DNA from: a virus
Length of the DNA stretch: 64,000 nucleotides
Direction: 5' to 3' (one strand)
IMG/VR virus record: IMGVR_UViG_3300031857_022279
Shown here: positions 30,201 to 40,800 of the stretch, piece by piece
Position numbering within the stretch: position 1 is the first letter of the stretch
Layout of the letters: the number at the start of each line of letters is the position of its first letter
The notes under the pieces: model-generated
Database searches by the model: none
What the model was told of the DNA's origin: nothing
Seen by the model: only the letters and a program-made list of their open reading frames with translations
Translations under genes and position numbers: made by a program

Positions 30201-31458
30201 AGTTGGTGATTTCCTTGAAGCCGAATTTGATGAGACAATTTTAAGAGCTGATGAAATGCCGAAGAAGCTTACTAGAATATTAACTAAGAAACTTTGGCCA
30301 AATGATACAACTTATATTGAGTTGTCAACAGATTCAGCAATTAAAGTTAGAGATATCAATGGTGATAAGCAGACTAACAGATTTACTAAAATCGATGACT
30401 ATGTTACAACATATAAGGGTATCATATTGAAAGGATTCAGAATTAGAGAGGCTTCTCTACCTGATGGAACTGATACTAGATTGAATGAAATCTTAGCTGT
30501 TGTTAATAAAGGAACTACTCTATTCAAAGCTTTGACAAATAAAGAAGCATTCGACTTTAGATATTTGGTTGATTCATTTGGATTAGGATTATCAGCAGAT
30601 TCAAAACAACAATTAGTTGATATTTGTGGTGATCGTTTAGATGCTTTTGGTATCATAAACATGCCATCTTTGAAGCAATTCAAAAACTCTTCAAACCCAT
30701 CGTTTAAGGACGATTCTGGAAATGTACAACTTGAATATGTGGCTCTTGGTGCAAACCCTGAAGCAAATCCAAGTTTCTTGTACTCATTTGGTAAGGGAGT
30801 TGGTGTAACTACAGTAGGATATTTCTTACCATACGTTACAATCGATGATAATGGTAGAAACATAGATGTACCACCAGCACCATTTGTTGGATTGACCTTT
30901 ATGAGAAAGCACAAGAGCACTACAACAAGTGTAACTCCTTGGACTATCGCTGCGGGTGTTAATAACGGTAGAATAAATGGAATACTTGACCTAGAACAAA
31001 TCTTCACTCCATCTGATTTGGAATATTTGAACCAAGCTCAGATGAACCCTCTTACATTTAAGAGAAACAGAGGATTTATAATTGAGACTGAAAATACAGC
31101 TCAAGTTCTTGTTAAGTCAGCTCTTTCATTAATACACGTTAGAGAAGTATTGATTGAACTCGAAAGAGAACTTTCAAGAATGTTGTTAGACTTCCAATGG
31201 ACAGTCAACTCACCTGAGACTAGATCTCAAATCAAGTTGGCGGCTGACGTAATTTGTGAAAAGTATGTTGCTCAAAATGGTTTATTCAACTACTTCAACA
31301 AGATTGACGAGGAAAATAACACTCTTGAAATCATAGAGAACTCTATCGGTGTTCTTGATACATATGTAGAACCTATTAAGGGTATGGGTATTATCGTTAA
31401 TAATATCACTATCTTGAGAACAGGAGCTATATCAGCAGGTGGATTTATAAATTCATAA
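27229..31458 (+). CDS. gp18: Contractile tail sheath protein (gp18-like), enlarged
   Basis: N-terminal KRPGIFIEEID...VGFSRKGPVN; C-terminal AAGVNNG, QMNPL, LSLIHVREVLI, FQWTVN, YVEPIKG. Confidence 0.93.
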   Translation: MAIQIGKYKRPGIFIEEIDKTIVTSPPVDTVFSNLVVGFSRKGPVNSAILLNNLSDLENTFGSIDRGLERRGSFFHRTITKMLEAGPIYGMNLLVTDDTLDTVEYQSLSATTFKNNDIERIDSYRKFFDTTGFWKRDPEAFVDLTRSNPGYAGRVLNLTNLGDKYMTVFVIKSKVSGFDRSMLEWYGSKEKLPPYVYPTDLASDYLVDVVAVGGDWSNYSELSVDPRWTLYFAEDGLKKNQLSAFANDRNVTLLGYYEGVSLIPYFRDLNGRNIFIESVINKDTDKTGLFCAFNNEIFETDYPTGLVDLIGNSLVGDNLLSNPPSSEATYYQSLDANDGLADGELSIKFLSYEEQITETIAITNKVLDRPGNVFGLFGTNSTLLSNAGARSAQGGFTHSLNDSGVVRGGVVSGPNDDTNLNYIKWPNRTYWFSEGYVNDLFRSGDLITTSSSVTANYTVDSISDNGYAVIGGSLVSIPSGTQSLELLYTDYPQLPTTSGTQSYNIAYVLDTNGNVQVKKSTVPNTKVTVSANDVVLSWGTVSLYGGRFSGGASATASITDVTVDATTGGGGLAYIPLQFGVDYTLSTTSTLTEVLAEGDILITFLNTNSTPDVKNYEQYRKFKMFNTLLTYINTSNTFKGLVLLDPRTTTTKKPLSEVSFRSFQTGTTVNKSFVMSTGLTSAEIAELVTYGELVFYKIDDEFLIDYIGLETKNTIPVLDGSTASIGVVGKYSSYYTQYDQGNISTGDVFFQNELWEGVEVQFIEGAGITASLDGYNYLMFKVTEGGTYTTQNKSYLANFDTGLAGDQFTDPVYGYQFLVGGTLNKGVFTAKWDAGLAIENGLTLPADATGALGGRAYLIGSYSNGLQEGINTASYSYFAYEVKEVVTDEMVNVDKVYGYNTEFSGSPIYLVNSTDDSGNLTVEFKQSDLSTDSILSSENATVGSALATNGTLFIKSEKGNYKQTLELEYPSGWTPIPNKVLVKRSRYGEVKVGDFLEAEFDETILRADEMPKKLTRILTKKLWPNDTTYIELSTDSAIKVRDINGDKQTNRFTKIDDYVTTYKGIILKGFRIREASLPDGTDTRLNEILAVVNKGTTLFKALTNKEAFDFRYLVDSFGLGLSADSKQQLVDICGDRLDAFGIINMPSLKQFKNSSNPSFKDDSGNVQLEYVALGANPEANPSFLYSFGKGVGVTTVGYFLPYVTIDDNGRNIDVPPAPFVGLTFMRKHKSTTTSVTPWTIAAGVNNGRINGILDLEQIFTPSDLEYLNQAQMNPLTFKRNRGFIIETENTAQVLVKSALSLIHVREVLIELERELSRMLLDFQWTVNSPETRSQIKLAADVICEKYVAQNGLFNYFNKIDEENNTLEIIENSIGVLDTYVEPIKGMGIIVNNITILRTGAISAGGFINS

Positions 31459-31476
31459 TTCTGAATAAACATAATT

Positions 31477-31506
31477 AAAACCCAGATAGGAATATCTGGG
31501 TTTTTT
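31477..31506 (+). terminator. Intrinsic terminator after the sheath gene
   Basis: aaaacccagata-ggaa-tatctggg-tttttt. Confidence 0.85.
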
Positions 31507-31549
31507 ATTTAAACAAAATAGGTGTATTTAATATATATGTTAAACTTAT

Positions 31550-33244
31550 ATGTTTATGAATTTAGATATTTTTAGAAACCCGGATCCATCGGGAAAACTG
31601 TACAAAGAATCTTTTTTATATAAAAATTTTCCAGAAGAATATAATTTTATTGTTTCATATTGTGATATCAATAAAATAGTAGATATTAGTTTTAAGGAAA
31701 AAGTTTATCTCGTTTTAAATGAATTGAAGTCAATACCAGCTTGTAAAAATTCAAATTGTAATAATAGAGTTAAATTTAAAAATTCAACGATTGGGTACTT
31801 GAAATATTGCTCGAAGAAGTGTGTTTCGGACGACCCAAATATAAAGAAGATCAAAGAAGAGAAATCAATATCTAAATGGGGTACAAAATCTCCTGCTCAG
31901 TCACAAGAGATAAAAGATAAAATCATAAAAACTAATCAAGAGAAATATGGTCATAATTCACCTATGAATTTAAAATCAATTCAAGATAAATCAATGCAAA
32001 CTTTAATCAAAAATTGGGGAGTTGAAAATCCAAGTAATTCTAGTGAGTTATTGCAAAAAAGAATTGAATCTTTTAAATCAAGTTCATTTAAAGATACTTT
32101 TAAATTAACATCATTAAAGAGATATGGAGTTGAACATCCATGGAGAAATAAAGAGATTCACTCAAAAACGATTTCTCATTTCTATGATGATTATGTTGTT
32201 AGAATAAATAGTAAAATAAACACTAATGAGTTTGTTTTTTTAGGTTTTGAAAAATCGATATCTACACATCTACTATTTAAATGTTGTAAGTGTGATCGGA
32301 ATTTTAAAATATTAACATACCAATTCTATTATAGAATTAATTCTGGTCTTAGTATTTGTACTAACTGCTTTCCTATTTCTGAAAATTCTTCAATATCACA
32401 GATCGAGGTTTATAATTTTATCAAAGAAAATTACGCCGGTGAGATACTAGTTGATGATAGATCTTCGATAAAACCTTACGAGATAGATATATTTCTTCCA
32501 TCACTAAACATTGGATTCGAATTCAATGGATTATGGTGGCACTCATCTAAATATAAAAATGAGAACTATCACTTGGTTAAAAGAGAGGTTGCAAGTTCTA
32601 ATAATATAAAACTTTTAACTATATGGGAAGATGATTGGACTATCAAACGAGAGATTTGCAAATCATTTATTCTTAATAAGCTTAATAAATCAACAAAAAT
32701 TCCAGCAAGAAAATGTGAGATTATAGAAATAGATTATAGTTCCTCAAAGGCCTTTTTAAACGAAAATCACTTTCAAGGTGATTGTAAATCTTCTATTAGA
32801 ATTGGTTTATTTTATCAAGGAATTTTGGTATCTCTAATGACATTTTCAAAATTAAGACTACCATTAGGAGGTAGACACAGAGAAGGAGTCTATGAATTAA
32901 CTAGATTTTGTAATAAAATTTTTACTACTGTTGTTGGTGGTTCTTCTAGGTTGTTAAGTTACTTTTTAAAAAAGTATGATCCATTGTCTATTGAAACCTA
33001 TTCTGATAATATGATTTCAGACGGTAATATGTATGATAAATTAGGATTTTCATATCAACACACATCATCACCGAGTTATTGGTATGTAATTGATCAAAAA
33101 AGAGAAAATCGTTTTAATTGGAGAAAATCAAGATTGAAAAAAATTGGTGGTGATATGGATAAGACCGAGCAACAAATTATGGAGGAATGGGGATTTTATA
33201 GAGTTTATAATGCTGGTAATAAAAAATGGATATTGACAAAATAA
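31550..33244 (+). mobile_element. Free-standing Hef-like putative homing endonuclease
   Basis: CxxC motifs, KYG/KWG repeats, EIDIF...GFEFNGLWWHS (PD-(D/E)xK/Vsr-like), IWEDDW, C-terminal ARKC...FLNENHFQG...YELTRFC domain; inserted after a conserved gene. Confidence 0.7.
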
Positions 33245-33270
33245 AAAATCCCAGAATATTCTGGGATTTT
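33245..33270. terminator. Perfect 26-bp palindrome between convergent genes
   Basis: aaaatcccagaat|attctgggatttt. Confidence 0.85.
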
Positions 33271-33272
33271 AT

Positions 33273-33524
33273 TTATGGTTTGAATCCACTACCTAGATTA
33301 TTCATACCACTCATTATCTGATTAGGATTGAAGTTTGGCATTCCTTTTTGTTGTGAATCTTCATCTTGCTTTCTTTGCTTTTCTTCTTCTTCATTTAATT
33401 CATTGACAATTTGTATATTTTCTTCTAACATCCAGAATGGCCAATTATCAATTGAAAATTCGTTAACATGAAAGTGCTTTTGAAGAAGAAGTTTATTTTT
33501 CAATAAAGGCCTCAAAGGCATCAT
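33273..33524 (-). CDS. gp51-like baseplate hub / tail assembly chaperone, C-terminal part
   Basis: LLKNKLLLQKHF...SIDNWPFWMLE...I resembles the gp51 pattern F.LMQ.H.YSL.EIENM.PWER.IY; overlaps the upstream gene in the +1 frame. Confidence 0.55.
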   Translation of the reverse strand: MMPLRPLLKNKLLLQKHFHVNEFSIDNWPFWMLEENIQIVNELNEEEEKQRKQDEDSQQKGMPNFNPNQIMSGMNNLGSGFKP

Positions 33525-34434
33525 GAACAACGAAAATACCTGACGCTCCGTTGGGAAATTGCATTTCAGCACGGACCTCCTCTCCGTTGATATTCTTAAC
33601 TAGTTCTTTGATACCAAAAGTCATTTTACCAACTGCTGCGTTTAAGAATTGGAAGGAGATATCATCCATTTCTTCGAAGTCTTTTAACTTAGCCTTTATA
33701 CCTTCGTAAGTTATTGAATTTCTACCTTCAAGCATGAAAGGTATAATTTTAAGAAATGCGAGATTGGGAGTTCTATTCTCATTATTTTCTTTGATAATAT
33801 AGTCAGTGAAGGCTTTTTGTATACCAATGTTTGGAGGAGTTAATTCGAACTCTTTTCCATTAATCGTTTTGAAAACATAACAGTTTTTAGATTTATTAAA
33901 AAACTTCTCAAGTTTTTCATCGATTTCATGGAATTTAAAGTTATCTCTTATAAGATCGATTTGAGCATCACCTGCGCCGTGTGGTACTGTTACCGCAAGA
34001 GTGTTACCTTTTTGAAAAGTTAATTCTCTAATAGTAAAAACAAGATAAAGTCTGTCTTGATCTTTAACATCTAAGTAGCTACCAATATTTCCGTTTGAAT
34101 ATTTAACTCTAACACATGATTGTAGCATATCATTCATTTTTTCAACGATATCATAGAAGTTATTATCATCTACCATTGAATATGATTGAATTTCCTTTAC
34201 CATAGCTGGTCTTATCATTAAGGATGTTCCTGCTGGGTAGAATTTGCCACAAGGTAAATCTTTGATGTCAAAATGAAAGTACTGAAGGTCAGAAACTTTA
34301 GTATTATCAACATTTTGAACAACAATTTGTTCAGCCATGTTTTTAGCTGGATTAAAGTCAGTGGATTTCTTTTCTCTTTCTTCAAGATGTTTTTTCAAAA
34401 AATCTTCTTCTGACATTTCTTTATTAGTTGACAT
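33493..34434 (-). CDS. gp26-like baseplate hub / tail assembly chaperone
   Basis: DLPCGKFYP...IRPAMVKEIQ...DRLYLVFTIRELTF; located next to the tube gene. Confidence 0.6.
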   Translation of the reverse strand: MSTNKEMSEEDFLKKHLEEREKKSTDFNPAKNMAEQIVVQNVDNTKVSDLQYFHFDIKDLPCGKFYPAGTSLMIRPAMVKEIQSYSMVDDNNFYDIVEKMNDMLQSCVRVKYSNGNIGSYLDVKDQDRLYLVFTIRELTFQKGNTLAVTVPHGAGDAQIDLIRDNFKFHEIDEKLEKFFNKSKNCYVFKTINGKEFELTPPNIGIQKAFTDYIIKENNENRTPNLAFLKIIPFMLEGRNSITYEGIKAKLKDFEEMDDISFQFLNAAVGKMTFGIKELVKNINGEEVRAEMQFPNGASGIFVVHDAFEAFIEK

Positions 34435-34644
34435 TTGATTTTATTATTTTTTAGGTATATATACTTATATTATGTTTCTCTGGGTTTGTTTTTTTCAAAA
34501 AAAACATAATTTATATCCAAAAATCGGAAAAAAGTCACTTTTTTATATCAATATATAATCATGTAATTAGATAGAGGTAATTATAGATAAAATATATAAT
34601 TCATAGTTGCCAAAGCGATTAAACAAAAAATAAAAAAATTAATT

Positions 34645-35271
34645 ATGCCGCTTCCACATTTTACCCAGTTACAAGTAGCTGGAGCTCCTGGTGGTCCGGG
34701 TACCAACCCACAAGAACCAGTATATTTAAACTTGTTCGAGGTTACATTCGTGTTACCTACGATTCTTCAAGCTCAAGGTAGAGACCCAATTTTGTTTCTA
34801 CAACAAGCTTTATCAATTGATTTGAATACAACCAACAAAACTCTTGGTGTTTCTAACCAAAGATGGAAGTACTCAACTCGTGCGTTCATCAATGCTGGTC
34901 CAAGTGAAACACACATCGAAGACCTAGCAGTTTCTTTTAACGTTAACGTAAACAATAACGGTTCTATGGAAACTTGGGCTGCACTTAGAGCTTGGTACGA
35001 TTTGGCTTGGAATTCACAAAACGGTTATTTGCATTATAAGGCAGATACTGTTGGTACACTTATCGTTAACCAACACGATAAAAAAGGATTGGTACTTAGA
35101 AGAGTAACTTTCCAAAACTGTCAATTAAAGGCGGTATCATCACCTTCACTTACTTATGAAGGACAAGGTATCTTAGCAAACGTAACCGCAAACTTTGTTT
35201 GTGACTACTGGGTTGATGAATATATCGATGGTACATTTACAATTGCACCTCCATTTGTTGCTGGATATTAA
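34645..35271 (+). CDS. gp19: Tail tube protein (gp19-like)
   Basis: EPVYLNLFEVTF, W..L.AWYDL...GY.HYKADTVG.LIV.Q.DK.G...RR.TF, F..DYW. Confidence 0.85.
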   Translation: MPLPHFTQLQVAGAPGGPGTNPQEPVYLNLFEVTFVLPTILQAQGRDPILFLQQALSIDLNTTNKTLGVSNQRWKYSTRAFINAGPSETHIEDLAVSFNVNVNNNGSMETWAALRAWYDLAWNSQNGYLHYKADTVGTLIVNQHDKKGLVLRRVTFQNCQLKAVSSPSLTYEGQGILANVTANFVCDYWVDEYIDGTFTIAPPFVAGY

Positions 35272-35290
35272 TAAAATTTCAGAAATATTT

Positions 35291-35326
35291 AATAAAAAAC
35301 CGATACTTTGTGTCGGTTTTTTTATT
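35291..35326 (+). terminator. Intrinsic terminator after the tube gene
   Basis: aataaaaaaccgatac-ttt-gtgtcggtttttttatt. Confidence 0.8.
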
Positions 35327-35374
35327 GAACATAACTAAGAATTCTTCATATAAAATTAAAATATAATATTTTAG

Positions 35375-36481
35375 ATGAAGGTATTTATAACAACTGATTG
35401 GCATTTCGGAGTTTATCTAAACAATTTAGATAAATGGTTAAATATGATGGAAGACTATTTCTATAATTTTTTTATTCCATATCTAAAAGAAAATGCTAAA
35501 GAGGGAGATATACTCGTTCATTGTGGCGATCTATATGATAACCGTACATCTATTCCAATTATTGCTTCTTATAAGGCTGAGAAAATATTAACTGAGATTT
35601 CTAAAATATTACCAGTACATTTAATTGTTGGAAATCATGATCTTTGGAATAAAGGCACTAATGATGTCAATTCAGTTAGACTATTTAATTTTGTTGACAA
35701 TATTACAGTCTATACCGAGACTACCAGTGTAGAAGTTTTTGGAAGTAAATTAGTCTTAATGCCGTGGGTTGAAAAAAGATTAGATATGATAAAAGAGATT
35801 CAATCTAATTCAGGAGATTATTTGTTCTGTCATAGTGATTTAAATGGGTGTAGAATGCATTTAAACTCTGTTGCACATAGAAACGCAGATAAGATAGATG
35901 TAGATGAATTTAATAGATTTAAACACGTATTCTCGGGACACATCCACATCAGACAAACTCATAAAAACTTCACATTTATAGGGTCACCCTATCAAATGGA
36001 CCGAAACGATATGGGAGATCAAAAAGGAATTACAGTACTTGATTTAGTTAGTGGAGAAGTACATTTTGAACCTAACACCTATTCTCCCGTCTTTAAAAAA
36101 GTGCAAGTTGTTACTGAAGATGATATTGATGCAATTGACTCTCTTAAAAATTCAAAGGACTATATAGACCTAGTTATATCTAATAACTTACTCATTAGTA
36201 ATAGAAAAATTAGAAGAAAGTTAGAAACTCTTTTAGAGGTAGGCAATTTCTCATCTGTTGAATACTTAGATGATATTGTAAAAGGTGAAAAAGAAAAGAA
36301 AGATAAAGAACTTACAGAAGAAGAACTTAAAATATCAATTCAGTTAGAATACGAGGATTTTATAAAAAGTTATATTGAAAATCAAAAGTATGACAATGAG
36401 AACTTTAAAAGTGGTATAATTTCTGAGTTTTCTGAAGTTATAAAAATATACAATGAGAACTATAAAGTTAAAAACGACTAA
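35375..36481 (+). CDS. gp47: Recombination endonuclease subunit (gp47 / SbcD / Mre11-like)
   Basis: TDWHFG, GDLYDNR, VGNHD, CHSD, FSGHIH, YIGSPY-like FIGSPYQ. Confidence 0.92.
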   Translation: MKVFITTDWHFGVYLNNLDKWLNMMEDYFYNFFIPYLKENAKEGDILVHCGDLYDNRTSIPIIASYKAEKILTEISKILPVHLIVGNHDLWNKGTNDVNSVRLFNFVDNITVYTETTSVEVFGSKLVLMPWVEKRLDMIKEIQSNSGDYLFCHSDLNGCRMHLNSVAHRNADKIDVDEFNRFKHVFSGHIHIRQTHKNFTFIGSPYQMDRNDMGDQKGITVLDLVSGEVHFEPNTYSPVFKKVQVVTEDDIDAIDSLKNSKDYIDLVISNNLLISNRKIRRKLETLLEVGNFSSVEYLDDIVKGEKEKKDKELTEEELKISIQLEYEDFIKSYIENQKYDNENFKSGIISEFSEVIKIYNENYKVKND

Positions 36482-36744
36482 TCTAACTTTTGTAGTCTAA
36501 TCATCAAATCACCAGTACCCTTTATTAATCTGTGATAAACTCCTTTAGGTATAAATATTTCACCTTCTATATTAATTGGTAATTTATCATCTAGTTGAAA
36601 TTTCCAATCAGTTTTCTCAATAGATTCAATTATTCTATCTTCAAAATCACGATGCCAGTATAAATCTCCAGAATCAACATCTTGATAGAATGTTCTGATA
36701 TAATTATTATCAGATATTTTTTGTTCTTTGAATGGTAACATCAT
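36478..36744 (-). CDS. Small cupin-like hypothetical protein
   Basis: WHRD..DR and IFIPKGVYHRLIKG; ATG overlaps the upstream stop. Confidence 0.6.
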   Translation of the reverse strand: MMLPFKEQKISDNNYIRTFYQDVDSGDLYWHRDFEDRIIESIEKTDWKFQLDDKLPINIEGEIFIPKGVYHRLIKGTGDLMIRLQKLD

Positions 36745-37157
36745 ATTTTCCAAAAGTGTATGTGAATTTCTCCTAGGTATTCTGAAATATCTGTATTATA
36801 TAAAGATATTAACTCATCTAAATCTAAGTCAATTATTCTAACTCCTCTATCAATCGTTGTGTGATACTTCCAACCCAGGTTGGTCATGTAACCAATACAC
36901 TCTTTCACTATATTGACAATTTCCTCAATATGATTTTTGTTTGTAGACACACTGACATTAACATAGTCTTTAAATCCACTTTCTACCCTTGTGTTCCTAA
37001 ACCAATCCTCGTGAGGTTCATCTAAAAATTTACTCCTTTCTATTATAGAGTAATTAATTTGAATATCTTTAAGATCAATTAATATAAATTCTAAATCTTC
37101 CTTTACTTCATCGGAATCTGAATTTTCGAATAATTTATATTTAGTAATATATTTCAT
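36741..37157 (-). CDS. Hypothetical protein (CTS-like N-terminus MKYITKYKLFEN)
   Basis: 138-aa ORF. Confidence 0.7.
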   Translation of the reverse strand: MKYITKYKLFENSDSDEVKEDLEFILIDLKDIQINYSIIERSKFLDEPHEDWFRNTRVESGFKDYVNVSVSTNKNHIEEIVNIVKECIGYMTNLGWKYHTTIDRGVRIIDLDLDELISLYNTDISEYLGEIHIHFWKI

Positions 37158-37187
37158 ATTATGAATATTATATGTATCTCTAAATTT

Positions 37188-37766
37188 CTACCAGTAACCA
37201 GGATATGTCTTACCTCCCCAAAGATGTCCATATCTATTAGCTCTACATGCCCAGTAACCTGGTTTAGTTTTATCTTTTTTCAAATGACATTGATGACGAG
37301 CTGCAAATGATTTTCTGGCCTTTGGATCAGATACTTTTGCTGTTAATCCACCTGAAACATCGCCGAAATGAACTACTTTAACATTTCCAGTTTTTGGATT
37401 TTTAACATATACTTTATACTTCTTTGGACCTGAGCTCCTTGTTGGATGGTTCAATTCGACCTCTCTTCCTTTATATTCAGCCTCATTAACCTCTTCTAAA
37501 ACTTCTAGAGGTAAATCTAATGGTACTAACTCGCCTTCAAACATTTCAAATCTACCAATATCTGAACTTTCGAAGAGCTCTTTGTCATGACCTGATAACT
37601 CAATTAGACCACCATCGAATAACTCTCTGGATTCTTTCAATAATTTAAAATACGAGTCTGATCCGTATCTGAATATATTTTCAGTAATAGACATATTATT
37701 GTCAATATGATACTGAAGATGTTCGGAAACTAGAGCCTCATTGTTGTATTTTCTTAAATATTTCAT
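37188..37766 (-). CDS. Hypothetical protein (CTS-like N-terminus; basic C-terminal His/Cys domain)
   Basis: MKYLRKYNNEA; VHFGD...RKSFAARHQC...GYWAC; upstream AATATATA. Confidence 0.75.
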   Translation of the reverse strand: MKYLRKYNNEALVSEHLQYHIDNNMSITENIFRYGSDSYFKLLKESRELFDGGLIELSGHDKELFESSDIGRFEMFEGELVPLDLPLEVLEEVNEAEYKGREVELNHPTRSSGPKKYKVYVKNPKTGNVKVVHFGDVSGGLTAKVSDPKARKSFAARHQCHLKKDKTKPGYWACRANRYGHLWGGKTYPGYW

Positions 37767-37854
37767 CGAAATATATTCTAATTTATTTTATATATTAAAC
37801 TTCGGTCAAGAAAAGGACTTTTTATATATATTAAAAATAGATTCGAATCAGTAA

Positions 37855-40800
37855 ATGCAGAGTTTAGTTTTCTTTGATAAAGAAGGAAATCCACTTAATT
37901 TTTATTATAACCAATCAGTTGGAAGATATGAAGGTGATATTTTATTTCCTGAAAACTCTGATGATACTTTTAAGACACAAGCCCTTTATCTCTTTGAAAA
38001 AATTGATGCCTTTGAGTATGAAAATGTAGATTATCTTACACTCAAGAAATTTCAGCTTTTTAATGAGTATGGATTTCACTTCTATCCGGGAGTTGCGAGT
38101 CAATCGGTTACTAAAATAGAGCCTGTCAATCAAGAGTCTGCTTACTATTCAAAATGGATTTACTCAAAGAACATAGAATCAAAGTATAAGAAGGGAACCT
38201 TTGTTAAATTCAACAGTCCAATTTTTGAATTTACAAATCCAAATAGGATATATGCAGTTGTTGGGTCAAAAAAAGATGCAATTTGTGTACTGTCACTTTT
38301 AGACAATAACACATTCGAAACAAATTATGGTGGACTTTATGGATTGACTTCAAGTTACGATAATATTTACGTAGAGGGGGTTGATATAATAGGTATCTAT
38401 AATTATATAACTCCTGATCTAAGAGATACTTTGTCATTATGGAACGAACCATCATTTTATGATAGATTATATCAGTATAGAAGGTTAAACTTAGTCAATA
38501 CAGAGAAAAATGATAACTATAGAAGAACTAAAAAATATGACGATGTTGAAGTTGTAACTATAGAAAATCCGAATATCTTGGATATAGTACACTTTGAATA
38601 CAACTGCTCTTCAATTCCAGAAAATACTACTCTCTGGATGGAAGTTATTACAAGAACTGACCTTCCGAGAGTCTACAAAGCTGGACTTTCATTTTCAACA
38701 TCGGGTAGTGTTTTAAACTTTGATAACCCAGTTCCGAGAATATTAAAACCGGGTGTGGAATTTAAAGTTCCCAATTCAAGTTTGAATTTAGACTTCTATA
38801 AAGTAACTTCTATACCTATTTTCACAGGAAATAATACTCTAACTTATTATGCTACAGGAAGTCAAGTAATTTGGGATAATAGAATATATCAGTGTATTCA
38901 AGCATACACTTGGTCTGGTGCTACTTACTCAGTTCAACCAACTGGAACCACAACTTCTGAATTATATTGGGGCAATGCTACTTATTTACCTATAGAACCT
39001 TCTTCTTCGTCCGGTGCGATTGTGAATGAATCATTAGTCGGAGGTGAGATTTATTTGACAACTGATCATTTATATTTCAGTCAATCTTTTACTCAGTCAG
39101 TTGAGGTAACACTTGCATCAACTGTTGAAAAGTTTAATCAAGAACTGAAAATACTTGATATTGATTTATATTACAAAGACTATGCACTTAGAGCAGATTT
39201 AATTTATCCAACTAACTATGCAGTAGTAAATTTCTACCATACAGAAATTGGTCCTACTTATAGTGTGGGTGGTCTAAAATCTGTTTACGAAAGATGTATT
39301 CAAGTAGAAGAGAGACTTACAAAAGAATTTAATTATAATTATTCAGAAAATTGGAACTATAATATAGTTTTCACAGACATAGATGAGTTTGGAATTATTA
39401 TAAAAATTAATAAGATGGTCTACGGAGAGAGAATTGATTGGATATATTCTTCAGGCCTAGTAGACATGGAAAGAACCATCGATAGTACCTTGAGAAATTG
39501 GTTAACTAGACATTTTTTAAGTTTAAACACTTTAGGTATACTTCCTAGTTTGACTACTGTAGGATATGCGTCAGTTTATTATAACACTATAACTTTACAA
39601 ACTGACTTTCCTAACGTTCCGATTGAATTCTCAGTTCAAGTTGGTACAACTGCCGATTATTACATAGAACATAGCATAGTGACATTTTTTGATTTAGGTA
39701 AAAATTTATCAATCAAGATAAACGGAAGGACTTATGAAGAACTTGTTGTTTATAGTGGTAGTACACCTGATATTGCTCAGACTCTTGAAAATTGGGTTGA
39801 AAACTGGTCTGAAACCGTTAATGATTTTGGAATCTATGTTTCTAACGCTGCCAGTTCATTAAAGTTTAATGTAAAAAAACAAAGTCAACGAGTTAGTTTA
39901 GATATAAATGTTGGAAAGTCTTCACTTCCTGGAATACAGAATTATAGAATAATTGAGAGGGCAACTGGTAATTTAGGTGCATTAATTACATCAAATGAAA
40001 TATTACTTGGAACAGCTAGTGGCGAATCACTAGAAGAAGTTGGTTTTGCTACTGGTCAGGTTATTGGAATTAATAAGACGTTTTACCCACTACAAAATAT
40101 AGAATATAACTCTTTATATTTGAATCCAGATACTATAAATTTAAGCTACGAAGGTCCTTTCTGGGGATTGACCGATTCTCTTTGTTCATCGGCACCATTT
40201 ACGACTGTAGCATTTACAATCGGATGGGGTCAAACTGGTTGCCCACCATCTTTCTCACCAAGTTTACTTAGAGGTATGTATGATGAACAGGCTTACAACA
40301 CATCATTCAGTATAGAGTATATCTTCTCAAATACATATAACTCTAATACTTTTGAAGGTGTGGCAAATATGGTTGATATATCATATGTAGAACCAGCTAA
40401 TTGTATTTATGTACTTGGTGACTCTTTAAGAGTTTTTGATTCTACTCTTGCAAATGTTATTTCTGATATTGATATATCTGGTTTAACAGCAAGTAGAGAA
40501 CTATGTTATAACAATGTTTCAAGTTACATTTATGCTCTGAGTGAAAATGCTCTTTATAAAATTGATCCATTTATTCATCAGGTGGTCGCTTCTTTCTCTT
40601 TTGCTTCGACGGCGTATTCTATACAACTTAACAAAAAGAACGGGGATATTTATGTATCATTTAATGCGGCTTCACAGCTTTATGTTTATGATATTAATGA
40701 CTCATTAACAGTTATTACTACTCCTTTCGCTACTTTAGGCATGGTCTTTAATGACTTTGAAGAAGATATGTATGTTAATACAAATGCTGTTGGTTTACTT

